A stretch of DNA of 64,000 bases. Origin: Cetorhinus maximus (Eukaryota). Location: positions 53,754,001 through 53,818,000 of the forward strand of contig NC_135898.1 of NCBI RefSeq assembly GCF_964194155.1, read 5' to 3'. A program made the position numbers and the translations under genes. The notes below the pieces were generated by a model, which was not told the origin of the DNA, did no database searches, and was given only the letters and a program-made list of their open reading frames with translations. Below, piece after piece: positions 37,610 to 50,409 of the stretch (positions are counted from its first letter, which is position 1; each line of letters begins with the position of its first letter).

Positions 37610-39614
37610 CCCCATGTCATCTGTCGATGAAAGCTTGGGGAAGCTCTTGAGGATCTTAGTTTTTACTAACCCTGATGCCAGTAGCAGCTTTTGATGGCTC
37701 CCATTAGACAAGAAGTCAAAATTGTTAACCACGTTGATCACATTTTTCGACCTGTATTGTTTTAACCGCTGACCATTCGGAATTGCCTCAGTGCCCGAGA
37801 TCTTTCAATTTACCATGACTGGTGTTTTGGAAGGCCTGGGTGGAATTATCTGCCATAATGACGATATTCTCACTCATGGATCCCCCAATTTGGAGCACAA
37901 TGCCCCGGGGGCAAGCATTGTCACAATGCTTACAGGCCGCGGGCCTTACACTTAATCATTAATGCGAGTTCTCTAAACTCACTATCAACCTCTTAGGCGT
38001 TTTTGTTCACACATCGAGCATCCAGGCAAACCCTCAGAAAACAGCAGCCATCAAGAATTTCCCACCACCCTTTAATATTAGAGAACATTAACGTTTTATG
38101 GGCGTGGTTAATCGGCTGGGTATGTTCCTGCCCAGTCTCACACACATCAACAAACTGCTGAAGCAGGACCCGGCCTGGTACTAGGTTGAACACCAGCAGA
38201 AGGCACTCAGTATAATCAAGGACGTGCTCATGTCCACGGAAACACTGGCCCATTACAACCCAGACCTACCCACCATAGATGCGGTTGATGCATTGTCCAT
38301 TGACCTAGGAGCCGTATTGTTCCAAATTCAGCAAGACGGCCCTTGCAGACCAGTATGTTATGCCTCCAGGGTGCTGAAAGATACAGAGCAGTGTTATGCC
38401 GTCATTGAAAAAGAGGCCCTGGCAGTCACCTGGGCTTGTGCCGATTTTGTGGATTATGTCCTGGGACTCAAATTCACCATCCAGACTGATCATAAACCAT
38501 TAGCCAACCTGTTTCGCACCATGGAATTGGCAAAGATGCCACCCTACATCTAAAGGTTTCGATTAGGGCTCATGAGGTTTGATGCCAATACAGAAAATGC
38601 CCAGGGTAAGCATCAGACAGGTGATGTTATGTCTCACATTCCTGTGGGGAAACTAAAAGATGTAAAATTCGCTGAGTAGGTGGAGTCCCTTGTCTCCTTG
38701 TCTACTAGGTCCCTCCCAGCAACCACCCAGAAACCAGAAGAAATTTGAACAGCCCACAAAGCTGATGATGCATGTACACAGATATCGGAGCGCTGTTCCT
38801 CTGGATGATCTGTGTATGTTCCTTCTAATTATATTCTAAAGCAGTATTTAGAACAGTGTTGTCACCTTAGTCTCATGGGTGACTCGTTAGTCTACAATGA
38901 CTGAATTGTCATTCCCAGGGTCCTCAGACTACTGGGTGCGCCAGGCCAGTACAACTGTCTCCACAAAGTGCAGGATTTACCAACACCCTCACCAGGGGAG
39001 TCTGTCCAGGCTTGAGACCAGAACCAGCCTGGCCAGGTTTTGAGTCAATCCATTCATCCACGCTCCTATCTTGTACACACTGACCACACTGTTCTCCACC
39101 GGTATCCAGAGGACAGCCTCTACAGGATTTGGGTTGACTACCCGGACGACCATGAGGACAACCCAGCCAACTTGCTAGATGGCTCACAGGCCCCTCCATA
39201 AGAAGATTGTGTTCCTAACCCTCTCCTAAAGGAAACAGGAACATGATCCAGCAGACTGGCCAAACCACCATAGTGCCTCTCCATATGACATCAGTGATGG
39301 TGACAGTGTCTTGGCAGGGTGGGATGGGGGGGTGTTGGGGTGGTGGCGGAGTGGTGGGGGGGTGATGTAGGATATGTAAATAGTTCATGAGTACACTGAA
39401 AGATTTAGGGGTAGATGTAGTAAAAAGGGTTAATAGCTATTATGCTAATATACATCACCGGTGATGTCAGATCACTTGTCTCTGGAACTCAGAGACAGAT
39501 AGATGCCTCTGGAAGGAGCCTCATAGTTATCCATCCCTGTACATAGTTGTAAATGGCTAATAAACATTTGGAAGTTCCTGGATGCCTTGTTTCCAGTGGT
39601 GTCTGTTAAATACA
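37610..39614 (+). mobile_element. Gypsy/Ty3 LTR retrotransposon remnant (RT-RNase H, internal deletion, 3' LTR)
   Basis: RT motifs PFGIASVPEIFQ and ICHNDDIL. RNase H motifs LGAVLFQ...RPVCYASRVL...YAVIEKEALAVTWAC...TDHKPL. A G-rich tract precedes TGTAGG at 39366, with AATAAA near 39559 and a TACA end near 39614. Confidence 0.9.
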
Positions 39615-41514
39615 CCCTGGGTCTGTTCCTGATATTACTTCAATATGACTTCAGACCTATAGCAATGTGGTTGACTCTTAAGTGCCCTCTGAAGTGGCCT
39701 ATCCGGAAGTGTGTAGAGTAGGCCGATTGTGACGTGAGTCAGCAGGTAGTGGTGATTTGATGCCAGTGCTGGCATTTTCAACCTCACCGCAGAGCATGGC
39801 GATCCCCGTGCCTGTTATGGGGCTTTATTCAATTTTTCCTGTCAGTCTTTCACTTAATATGATAGACTTCCCATCGGATCAAAAGAGAAAAAATTGTTAA
39901 TACAAGGGGACCTGGGACGAAGAGGGTGCACTGCAGTTTAACGTGGTGTAACAAGCATCATCTGCACAAAGCTACAATAAAGCCATTTGTTCCCCAGCCG
40001 TCTTATCTGGGATGTGCCTATGTGTGCCAGACTGGGTGCCTTGTTTGCATCACAAGAGTAGCAACCTTGTTGTTCAAAGACAAAGAATAGTGGCCGTTCT
40101 GGAAAAGTAACTATGAAAAAATTAGCTTTTGAGGACGTGTCCACACAGGCATCAAAGTACATGTTTTAGGATAACAAGCTATATTAGGATATGACTTCAG
40201 AAACCACAAACCAGACACTTAATAAGGCAGTTAATTGCATCCATGTGACTGCAAATGAAGCTTATATTATAAGGGAATGCCTTTGCATCAACTTGTTTGC
40301 ACCCAGTTGGCAATTTTTAGCTGTTCCATGTGCACAGTGGGTGATGAATTAAGTTTTCTGATGAAATGTTGCTTATACCCACTCCTTTATAGAATACTGT
40401 GTATTTCAATTTTACAGAATATCGTTTGCAAAGAGATTAGTTAATGAGAAACACATTCAAATACTCCAAGATGCAGAGGAAGCCCAACCGTCCAAGATTA
40501 AATGCCGAACACATTATGTTCACATTCTGCTTTAGTATTTTATGACATTTAAGTGAGGAAAACCAATAAATTAAAAAAACACAGCTTTTAATCATTATGC
40601 TAATATTTTTAAGATGAAAATGTAGATTCTACTGTATCAAATCATCAAAAAATTAATTTTTTTCCCCAGACAAGAATAATGTGTTCTTATTGCAATCTGG
40701 ATAATTTGGCATCTTCTGAGTGAACAGGATCACAGATAAAATTGGGGATGTAGGAGGCAAGCCTGTCCTGAAACTAAGCTTGTGACTGAATCTTTGCTCC
40801 GTTCACAGATCTGTCGAACCATGAACTATGAATGCACACGCAGGCAATAAAGTTTATTAAATGCTTGTACAGAGGAAAAGAAATAAAAACTGCCTCAAGA
40901 CGGAGTCGCCCTCTCTCTCCCCCTTACCTGCAATGGCAGGCTGCAGCTCCTTCCGTACTGACAGGCCTCCCTTTGGTCCTCCAGGTTCGAGAGCCCGCCT
41001 GCTGTCCTTAATTAGATGCCAACCCTGCTCTCTGGCCACAGCCTGGCCAATCCAGCCAAAATGACTTTCGGGTATGGCTCCTGATATGATGTGGGGTCAG
41101 GGCCTGCATTGACCCTGACTTCAGAGTCCTGACCCAAAATAGAAAACCTTGCCATGTGTAGCAAAGTCCTAAATACTTTTATAAAGAGCACATTTCAAGT
41201 TCTGCTATCCACACGCACAGGGGAAAGCCTTCCCCATGAATGATTTAGGTCTGGCCTATATTGGGTCAGAGCTATGTCGCCCGACTGGGGCATTCAGGTA
41301 GAGATGATTGTCGGATAACAAGATCTGAACTATTGCCCAGAAGGAAAAGCCAGTTTGGACCAGTACTCTTATTTCCCAGTTTATATTGGTGTTCCATTTT
41401 GAGGTATACAAGTCCAGTTTGGACCAGCAATCCTATTTCCCAGCTTTCACTGTTTTTTTCCTTATGGGTAGCAACCAAATGTAGAATGTGGTGGAGAGTA
41501 GATTTAATGACATA

Positions 41515-42094
41515 GGGCAGAAATTTTCACTTTGGCGGGCGGACTTGTGACGACCCACTCGAGTGTGAAATGGCGCGCGATGACGTCGGGCGAGTGTCCT
41601 AACCTCAATGCGCGGTCGCGCAATAGTTCAGTCGGCGGGCGCATGCAGGAATCGGCAGCGCACCCACCCACAATTAAAAGGCCTATTAAGGCCATTAAAG
41701 TATCAATTAACTTAAATTTTTCGCTGCCCGGCAGGCGAAAAGGCCTTCTTTGGAAGCCTCATCCACGGGCGGGATGAGATTTCCAACGTCAAATAAAAAT
41801 ACATTTTTTAAACTTTCATTTATAACGTGTCCCTACTCATGCGACAGAAGGGACATATTTTATAACGTTTTCAAAAATCTTTATTTCTAATTTTTAAAAC
41901 TCTTCATCCCCTTGAGGCAGTTCTCCGCATGCATGAAGTTCCCCGCTTGCACAGGCAGCGCTGAGCGCTGCCACTCGTGTTTCATGCTGGGGGGGCTTTA
42001 ATTAGCCCACCAGCGTGAATCGCCTTCCGGCTCCGATCACAGGCGGCGGTCAGCTTTCCGACCAAGCCTGCCCGACAGGGGCAAAATTCTGCCT
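41515..42094 (+). mobile_element. Harbinger-derived MITE (580 bp)
   Basis: TIRs gggcagaaatttt and aaaattctgcct. TSD ATA/ATA. Confidence 0.88.
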
Positions 42095-45000
42095 ATAGAG
42101 AAACTGGCTGTGAATAAGATGAAAGTGTTACCAGAATTTTAATCTTTCCATTTTCTTTCATATCTTATTTGAACTTCTCTGAAAAAGAAAACACAAATTT
42201 GTGTTTATTAGCTGCTGACAGAAGTCTTATTCTTAATCAACCGAAATAGCAACAAGATCACGAGACTAAAATTATTGTAAATGTTACGCCAAGGAAAAGA
42301 TAGGTCCTTTACTGTATTTTGCAACATGTGCTGCAAAATTCAGTATGCTAAATTTCATTTAATATTTTCTGTGCTAAAAGTTAATGCAATCAGTAGACAT
42401 GCAGGCACCTCTCTGTTTTTAGTTCTTCCTACTAAATAGAAGCTGAAAATATCAAGAGTGCCATTTGCTGGTGGAAGGAAGCCACCAATTCTCCGTACAC
42501 TTGGTGCCGATCCCTTCTCAGATTGGAGTCTTTCACGTGGCTGGGATAGGCCATGGAGTCTGCAAGGGAATTTCGGCAGCACCAGCCCTGACGCAGCCCA
42601 CCTGAGGTGCCTTCAAGCATTTCCACGACAACGATAAAGAGTGGCCGTGCAAGTTTTCAGCTCCAAAGGGATAATCCCGATAATCCATCCTGAATCGAAA
42701 CCCTTCATCCTAAGTAAGTTTGCGGATTCTTAAAACTCCTCAAAGGGACACGTGCCAACTCTTAATTGGTCAGTGTTCTACTGAACCCTTTTAAATGCTT
42801 AAAGGGCAGAATTCTCAGGATAGTTTGGTAACTCTCCTAACTCTACCCCTTTGATTTGAGTTGAGCGGTGGCAGGGAGACAAGGAAGGAAAGGTTACGGT
42901 CAGAGAATCTATCTAGAAATGGCAACCAGATTCCATCCTATTTTTCAATTTCATTTCAGAGATCCAGTGGGTAGCCACCTTGGTTTTGACAGTAATTTTG
43001 GGCTCAAAGTGCTTATGTTAAATTTTAATGAATGGGAATGACGTAGAGCAAGAACATTCCAAGACAGTGCAGCTGCTTACAATCATTGGTATCATTTGGT
43101 TTCATCGTTTTAAAGATGAATTTTGGGTTGCCTGCAAGTGTCATTCTTCAGTCTTTGTGAAGTATCCTAATGTTGCTGATGATTTTGAGCAGGCTTATTG
43201 CAAGGTCAGCCCCCTACCTTCACACTTTGTGCAGTCTGAAATATAGTACAACAGAGCCCACAGAGGAATTCTTTAAATGGAGATATTTTAAGTGAAACTT
43301 TAAAAAAAATAAATTTAAGACCTTCAGGTGTTTTATGCGCAACTTGTTACCACTGAGTTGTCTTCTACATTAATGCAAGTTCACAAAGATGGCACAGAGT
43401 TAAGTTACTCATACAACCAAGTCCAGCCCATTATCCTCACATTGTTAAAAAGCACTCTTAAAAATGTGATTAACTTTTGGACAGAGACTGACTAATATTG
43501 GTAAAAATGAGATTTCAACAAAGCGACTATAGTTCAAGAATAGAACGGGCAGTTGCTAAGTTGCAGTATTGGGATGGGGTCTCAGTGTGGTTCTGCCATT
43601 TTAAACAGGCTGAATTCAGGCACGAGGGGGCTGCCTGACCGTCAGAAGTGGGGAGACCGTACTTAACTTTGCTGGAGTCACGACTCCATGATGGCATCAG
43701 CGCCGCTATGTGACTTTAACTGCAGAAATCAGGGGGCTTGTACGCCGCTCAAAGTGCCAATAGCAGGAGGCAGCAGGATGGCCAGGAGATGCCAAGTTAT
43801 GTACTTTTAATTTAGCTTTCCGTGAGGAGTCTTCGTGGGAAGTAGGAATGCTATTCTGTGCCCTGCAAGGAATCTGTGGGCCTCATCAGCCTCAGCCTTC
43901 TCTCGCCCTCCCAGAGTCGGCATCTGGATTAAGTTTTCATGTTGGGGTTGCATAGTAACAAATAAAATAAAATGGCACATTTCACAGTAATTAAATCTTC
44001 CAACGTTTCTTAAGCTCCTGTTTAGTGTTGTTTTAGTTCTATCATCTACTCGCCAAAGGACCCATTTCATCACCGTCTTTGTCACAGTGTGAGAAAACAT
44101 ACCAGCATCATGTAGGCCTTTGCTCCCCATGTGCAATGCCATGGAAGATGGATAGGTGCTATCATACTTTCTTATCAAATATTCATCATATATGAATAAT
44201 TTCATATTCATAATACAGTCATAGACCAGGAATGATCTGACATGAAACGTTACTACAATGTGTGGTGAGCAGGAATGAAAACTATCAGTCAGCAATTTGA
44301 AGCAACTGGCAGTGAAAAACTGGTAGTCAGCAAACAGCTTCCCGTAGCCATGAAGAAGAAAGGAAGCCAATGAGATATATTTTTGGCTGAAACTTTAAGC
44401 CATCACCTTGCTGTGTCCATTAAGCTGAGGAGTTTATCATTGAAAGTAAGGTTTGTAACACCATAAAGCCAGCAACAGATCATACGTTTGCTGGAAAATA
44501 ATTAAACTTAGCCATGCAGTAAGGTCTTCTGTGCTTGGGGCACCACCAGGAGTGTTTTCTGTTGGAAGCCTGTGACCTCTGAGAAGGGTGATTCTTCAGG
44601 TTTGCCGGGCCTATAATTCTCCTCTGGAGAGATAATGTGGTATCATTTTTAGTATGCATTTAGCTAGATTTTTTAAAAATTGACAGTAAGATTGGTCATT
44701 CACAATGCATGTCAGGATTGATGTCTTGTTAGCCCTACAATTCATGCCTTCTTGTGTATCAATGGAAAATGACTACAGTAAAAATGAATGTAATACCAGT
44801 TTCTCCACCAAATCACTTTACAACACCAATCACTTCAAGGGCTGATAGGCCATTACAAGTGATTTGGGATGGAAAAATGATCAAACTTACCAGGCAGTTG
44901 TAAAGTTAAAGGTAATGCACAAGCAGTCGCAATGATTACTTTTCTTGCAGTGCCATGCAGTTTCCTTTGCCCACGTTTTAATTTTAATCACCTGCTCATT

Positions 45001-45479
45001 TTAAAATGCCAGCATTCTGCCTCTCTCAGCATATCCAAGAGCAAAAAGAATTTCCATTAGTTACTGTAACAGCTGCTAATCCAACTGGCCAGTGGTACAC
45101 TCACCCGCACAAATTGAAATGAGAGTTGCAGTAGGTGGACGCTGTGCCAAATTTCTAAGCAGCTGCTACAGTAACCAGTTTAAAATATCCTTCACTGTTA
45201 GCCAGGCTGAGAGGCAGAACATCTGTACTTTAAACATGTTGCTGATTAGCAGTAAAGGGTAGAGGAACTGGTGATATTTGCACTGGTAAAAGATTTTTGG
45301 GAGGCAATGTTTCACTGTGTTGTCCTAATCGTTACGCAGTCTGTTGTGGTCAGATTCATTCTTGATCACTCTGTTATTGCTTATCCCGCCCTGAGCACAC
45401 GGTGTGATGTAACATCTTGACAGTTCTGTTGGAGAGAAAATTCTTGTGTGATTTTAGAAAATGTTGATAATAGGGGTAT

Positions 45480-45675
45480 TAGGGCTGGCAATCTATCCCC
45501 ATTTCGACACACACTCACTATAATTCAGGCAGGAGTGGGTTGGAAGGTTGATAAGTTGGGCTTGGGCACGGATACACTGGTGCCTGGCCTTATGGCACAA
45601 TTTCAGCTGCCCTTGCAAGGGACAGAATATGCTCTCATCTCATACAAGGTCCATGGCAAAAAAATGAGGGATGGA
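45480..45675 (+). repeat. Direct repeat, copy 1 (about 195 bp)
   Basis: Collinear with 46347-46540; shared blocks include caggagtgggttggaaggttgataagt, cctggccttatggca and cagaatatgctctca. Confidence 0.9.
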
Positions 45676-46007
45676 GCAATAATAATTCCCAAAGGGAAGT
45701 CACATGGCAGCAAAATAGTCTCCTTTGCCTATAATTCTTCCCATTGAGTAAGCACATCGTAAACTCTCTTTTCCCTTCACAGATGCTGACTGGCCTTGTA
45801 GCTTTCCAGCATTTTCTATTTTCAGATTTGCAATTTTTTTTTTTCTTTTTGTCCTACATTTGTGGAGCTGAAAGATTGACTGAATAAATGACCCTCTGTG
45901 CGGCAGTAATTTTCATGTACTGTACAATATGCACATATAGAGGGGCAATACATCTAATATCACAGGACCTCAGTATTCAGTATTTGTCTGCTTTGTTTTG
46001 TCTGCAG

Positions 46008-46098
46008 ATACCAGACAGGGAGCCATTTCTTTTATCCAGGACAGAGCCCATTGAAGGCCACTACGAGGAGGCTGAGCCATATGACACGGTCAATAATG
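46008..46098 (+). CDS. AFAP1L2: AFAP1L2 internal coding exon (91 nt; YEEAEPYD tyrosine motif)
   Basis: Acceptor ttttgtctgcag|, donor |gtaggt. Reads IPDREPFLLSRTEPIEGHYEEAEPYDTVNN plus 1 nt; the phase joins the next exon (G|AT = Asp). Confidence 0.92.
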
Positions 46099-46346
46099 GT
46101 AGGTCACAACTTCGTACCCAGTCACAGAAATGTGCTGGAAATATATGTCAATAATATGATTTCATGGAGGAATGTTTGCTCGCATGTGTAATTACCTTTC
46201 AGAAAATGTCTCCATTTTAAAAATACTGACGGGTACTTCAACAAATGCAGCAATTTTCTGCGTAAACAGCGCGCATAGTGTCTCCCTCGCCTCTTAACTT
46301 CAGAAATTTTCAAAAACATTTGGAAGATGTTTTGGCCTGGCAGCTT

Positions 46347-46540
46347 TAGGGCTGGCAATATGTCACCATTTGAACACTCTCAGTATAACTCAGACAGGAG
46401 TGGGTTGGAAGGTTGATAAGTCAGGCTGGGACATGGATACGCTGGTACCTGGCCTTATGGCAGGATTTCAGCTGTCTCTGCAAGGAGCAGAATATGCTCT
46501 CACCTTATTCCAAGGTCCATGGAAAAAATGGGAGACGAGG
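46347..46540 (+). repeat. Direct repeat, copy 2 (about 195 bp)
   Basis: Collinear with 45480-45675. Both copies start tagggctggcaat. Confidence 0.9.
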
Positions 46541-47204
46541 TAAGAATTCCTAATGCTGGGAGTTGCCATGTCCCCTGCTCAGTGTGAGACCAGGGATAGA
46601 ATTTGTCACACCAGATGGGCCTAGCTAAATAGTGGCAGAAGTAAGCAAAGCCTCGGGGGTTCCGGTCAGGATTGTGGCCTGAACCCCCAAAAGAGTAAAA
46701 TTTTTTTGTTTTAAGTTAGTTCCTGGGGACAACATGTCACCCCCTCCAGAGCCAGCAGGCTGTACTGGACTTTCCATCATGTGGCAGAAACATGTCCTTC
46801 CTTCCTAAGTGCCGGTCCTTCACGTGTAAAACAAATGATGTCTCCTTAACCTCACCAACCTTGGCAAGTTCCCAGTGGCAGAGTTCCCAGATGGGTCTAT
46901 TAAACACATGCTGGTATATACTCTCCCCTTTATGTTCAGGCAGCCTATTTGTGTTTTGTGTAATTAGATTACTACTTTACTCATGGCATATAAATAGAGT
47001 TATGTTTTTGGGTACCATTTCAAATCACTAGTTCCATCTTTCTTTTCAAAAATATTTGTTTTACCATCTGCTTTGCTAGTGTTCTATTCATATTGATTTA
47101 AGTTTATAATAAATAAGTAGCTTTTAAATGCCTCAAATTAAAGGAACAGGAAGAAAAAGCTAACAGGACTTGTTCAGTTGAGATACTTAACTCTTGATGT
47201 GTGT

Positions 47205-47635
47205 AAAAAAAAAGACTTGCATTTATATAGCACTTTTCATGACTACCAGTTGTCTCAAAGCATTTTACAGTCAATGAAGTACTCTCTGAATTGTAGCCAC
47301 TGTTGTAATGTAGGAAACGTGGTATCCACTTTGTGCACAGCAAGCTCCCATAAACAGCAATGTGATAATGACCAGGCAATCTGTTTCTGTGATGTTGATC
47401 AAATGCTAAATATTGGCCAGGACATTGGGGATAACTCCCCTGTTTTTCTTCGAAATAGTGCCATGGGATCTTTTACATCTCATCCAAAAGATGGCAACTC
47501 CAACAGTGCAGCACTCCCTCAATACTGCACTCAAATGTCAGCCTTGATTTTTGTGCTCAACTCCTGGAATGAGACTTGAACCCGGAACCTTTTCACTCAC
47601 AGATGTGAGTCCCACCAACTGAGCCATAGCTGACA
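47205..47635 (-). mobile_element. Deu-domain SINE
   Basis: Same family as 17020-17472, with a short internal deletion. Confidence 0.82.
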
Positions 47636-47896
47636 CCTTCAATCAATTAAAGGATGAGGAAAGTTTGGAAAATAGGCTCTTCTTGTAGGCTGAAAGAAGT
47701 AGGATTTCTGCACCAATGAGCATTATATTTCCAGAGTGCTGTTTATTGGCTGATGCTTTTCTTGGCAGTTAGAAGGGATTTGTTTAGTAATCATTGAACA
47801 AACAGGCAAGGGCTAATTCTTGCAGTTTGATCATTGCCTATTAAAAAAATTACAGTGTTACACTAAAATATAATTATGTGATAATAACTACGTTAA

Positions 47897-48145
<249 letters not shown>

Positions 48146-48425
48146 TGAAAGTTGCAAAGTTTTTTTTTGCTTGACACTTTGAAAGTTTTTTTTTAAAAAA
48201 TCAACCTATAAAGGAAGACTCAAAAACCAATGAAACCCCAACGCTAGCACAAGCATTTTCTTAGCTTTTAACACTTAATTGTAGTTTACTGGGAGGGGCA
48301 ACATATTCAGGCTTGGCAAAAAAAACGAATGATCAAGGAGTAAGAATTATACTCAAACAGTAATGCACGTTTTCCAGGCTGGGGAGTGGAGGATAAAACA
48401 ACCAAACATTCAAAATGGATACTAT

Positions 48426-48570
48426 GGCCAGAACTTTCCAGCACCCCGCCCCCCGCACCAGCGGCAGGTTCTCCCACCGGTGGGGGGGAACCAGCGAGCC
48501 ATTGAAATCTCCATTTACATCAGCAGGACCAGAAGATCCCGCCGGCGAGAGGGGCTGGAAAATTCCAGCC
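48426..48570. mobile_element. Short MITE (145 bp)
   Basis: TIRs ggccagaactttccagc and gctggaaaattccagcc. 3-bp TSD TAT/TAT. Confidence 0.78.
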
Positions 48571-49466
48571 TATATTACCAAAGTTGGAATACTAAAGAGA
48601 TGGGGGGGGGCTAATGGATTAATAGCTTTTTCTTAGCAGTGGCGTTTAACTTACATTTAGAAATAACTGTTGCAGGTATTAATTTCAATGACATTTTTTT
48701 GTCCATTATTTAACGCAGGCTTTAACTTGTTTGTTCTAAGTGGGTTAAATCTTCTGCTGGGGTGAACCTTGGCTCAGTGGTACAATTCCTGCCTCTGAGA
48801 CACAGGGCTATGGGTTCGAGCCACATTCTAGACAGTCCTGGTGAGCAAGGACAGGAGTTACAGCCTCTGAATCCTGGGATGACAGCCAGTGGAATGCTCA
48901 CATCTGATGGAAGTGGAGTGGTGACTCCCACCTCTCCCACTCCTGGTAGGAAGGAACCTGTGAGTCAGGTTAACAATCTGTCCGTGTAAGAAGGGACTTG
49001 AGAAATAACCTAGAGGAGGACCTGCTGGATGTAAAGCAGCCAAATTATGAACTGCCTCATGTGTTGTTAGATATGGAAGAGAAGAAGAATGCTTCTGCTA
49101 AAGCAGTGTTCTAACATTAAAATCGCTAAGAAGAATTACTAGGCTTTGTTGTGTTCTTACTCTCAAATATTCTTACTCCCTACATGAACCAAACATTTCT
49201 CGTGACATTGAAGCTGGCTTCATAACCACCATAAATAACAGCAATATCAATAATTACCATTTCTAGCCAAGTTCAATATGATTGTAGTGCCATCTTCATT
49301 TCAGATTTCATCAACATTCCTATACATTTCAGGTTGGATCACTGTTGATCCTCTGTTAGGTCATGCCCGCTTCCCCTATATTAAAAGATAACAAGTGAAA
49401 ATTAAAGCTTTTCCAATGATCAACATTGATTGTTTTCCTTTTGTCACTTTTTTTTCCTTCCTGCAG

Positions 49467-49646
49467 TGTTACAAAAGCTCAAAGGACCAGAATCCTCAAC
49501 TGGATATGAGTCTGTTTGGCTGCACTGTTATCTATAAAGAGAAGCAAGTAAAGAAGAAGGAACATATACTGAAGATCACACCAGTCAATTCAGATGTTAT
49601 AGTACTGGGTCTCCAAAGCAAGGAGCAAGCAGAGCAGTGGTTAAAG
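49467..49646 (+). CDS. AFAP1L2: AFAP1L2 internal coding exon (180 nt; PH1 core)
   Basis: Long polypyrimidine tract then ctgcag|, donor |gtatga. Reads CYKSSKDQNPQLDMSLFGCTVIYKEKQVKKKEHILKITPVNSDVIVLGLQSKEQAEQWLK, ending in the PH C-terminal helix Trp. Confidence 0.96.
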
Positions 49647-49744
49647 GTATGATAGAGACACAAGTTCTGTTACAATTACTGCTACAATTTCAATGCGACA
49701 TATACTTATACCATAACAATGCATTCAAAGAAACAGAAAATATA

Positions 49745-50409
49745 GGGTAGAATTTTCCCCCTGTTGGAGGGGGCGGGTTGTGCGGAGGCAGGTGCAGACG
49801 GGCACAGACGTGATTGGTGCCCCCGTGCCATGTTACGTGACGTGCGCCTGGAAGTACTAAGTGCTCCCTGTAAGGGGGTGGGTGGGGGGGGCGTGTGGTG
49901 GGGGTCCTTGAGCTGGGCCCTGCACTCATTCACGCATGTGCGCACAAGAGCGCAGAAATCTCGGGAGATTAGTTCAAGTTCAAAAAATTTTAATAAAGAA
50001 AAAAAAAATTTTAAGACATGTCCCCTCATGTGACAGTGTCACACGAACTGGGACATGTCAATGAACTTTAATGAAAAAATTTATTTAATTTATAAACCCT
50101 TCATGAAACCTCATCCCACCCATGGATGAGGTTCCATGAAAAATGCGAAGGCCGCCTGGGCTCTTCGCCTGCCCGCCAAACTTAAGGTTGGACGGGCAGC
50201 TTTCTCAATAGGCTTAATTAGTTCATTAATGGCCTTGACAGGCCTTTGACAGTTCGGTGGGCACGCAGCCAACTCGGTTGTGCGCCTGCTGAACTGAAAA
50301 TCTAAATGACGCGCGGTGACATCGGGATGCCTGCCCGACGTCACCATGTGTCATTTTATACCTCGGTGAGCGGGCCCTGCCCCCGCTCGCCAGGCCTTAG
50401 ATTCAGCCC
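49745..50409 (-). mobile_element. Harbinger-derived MITE (665 bp)
   Basis: Ends gggtagaatttt and attcagccc. TSD ATA/ATA. Collinear with 33360-34008. Confidence 0.88.

Noticed and set aside
43807-44370. 187-aa minus-strand ORF
   Set aside because: No recognisable domain, a non-ATG start and no splice support; likely a chance ORF.
44799-44876. Pre-miRNA hairpin
   Set aside because: Only about 11 contiguous pairs and a large irregular loop; no mature miRNA recognised.
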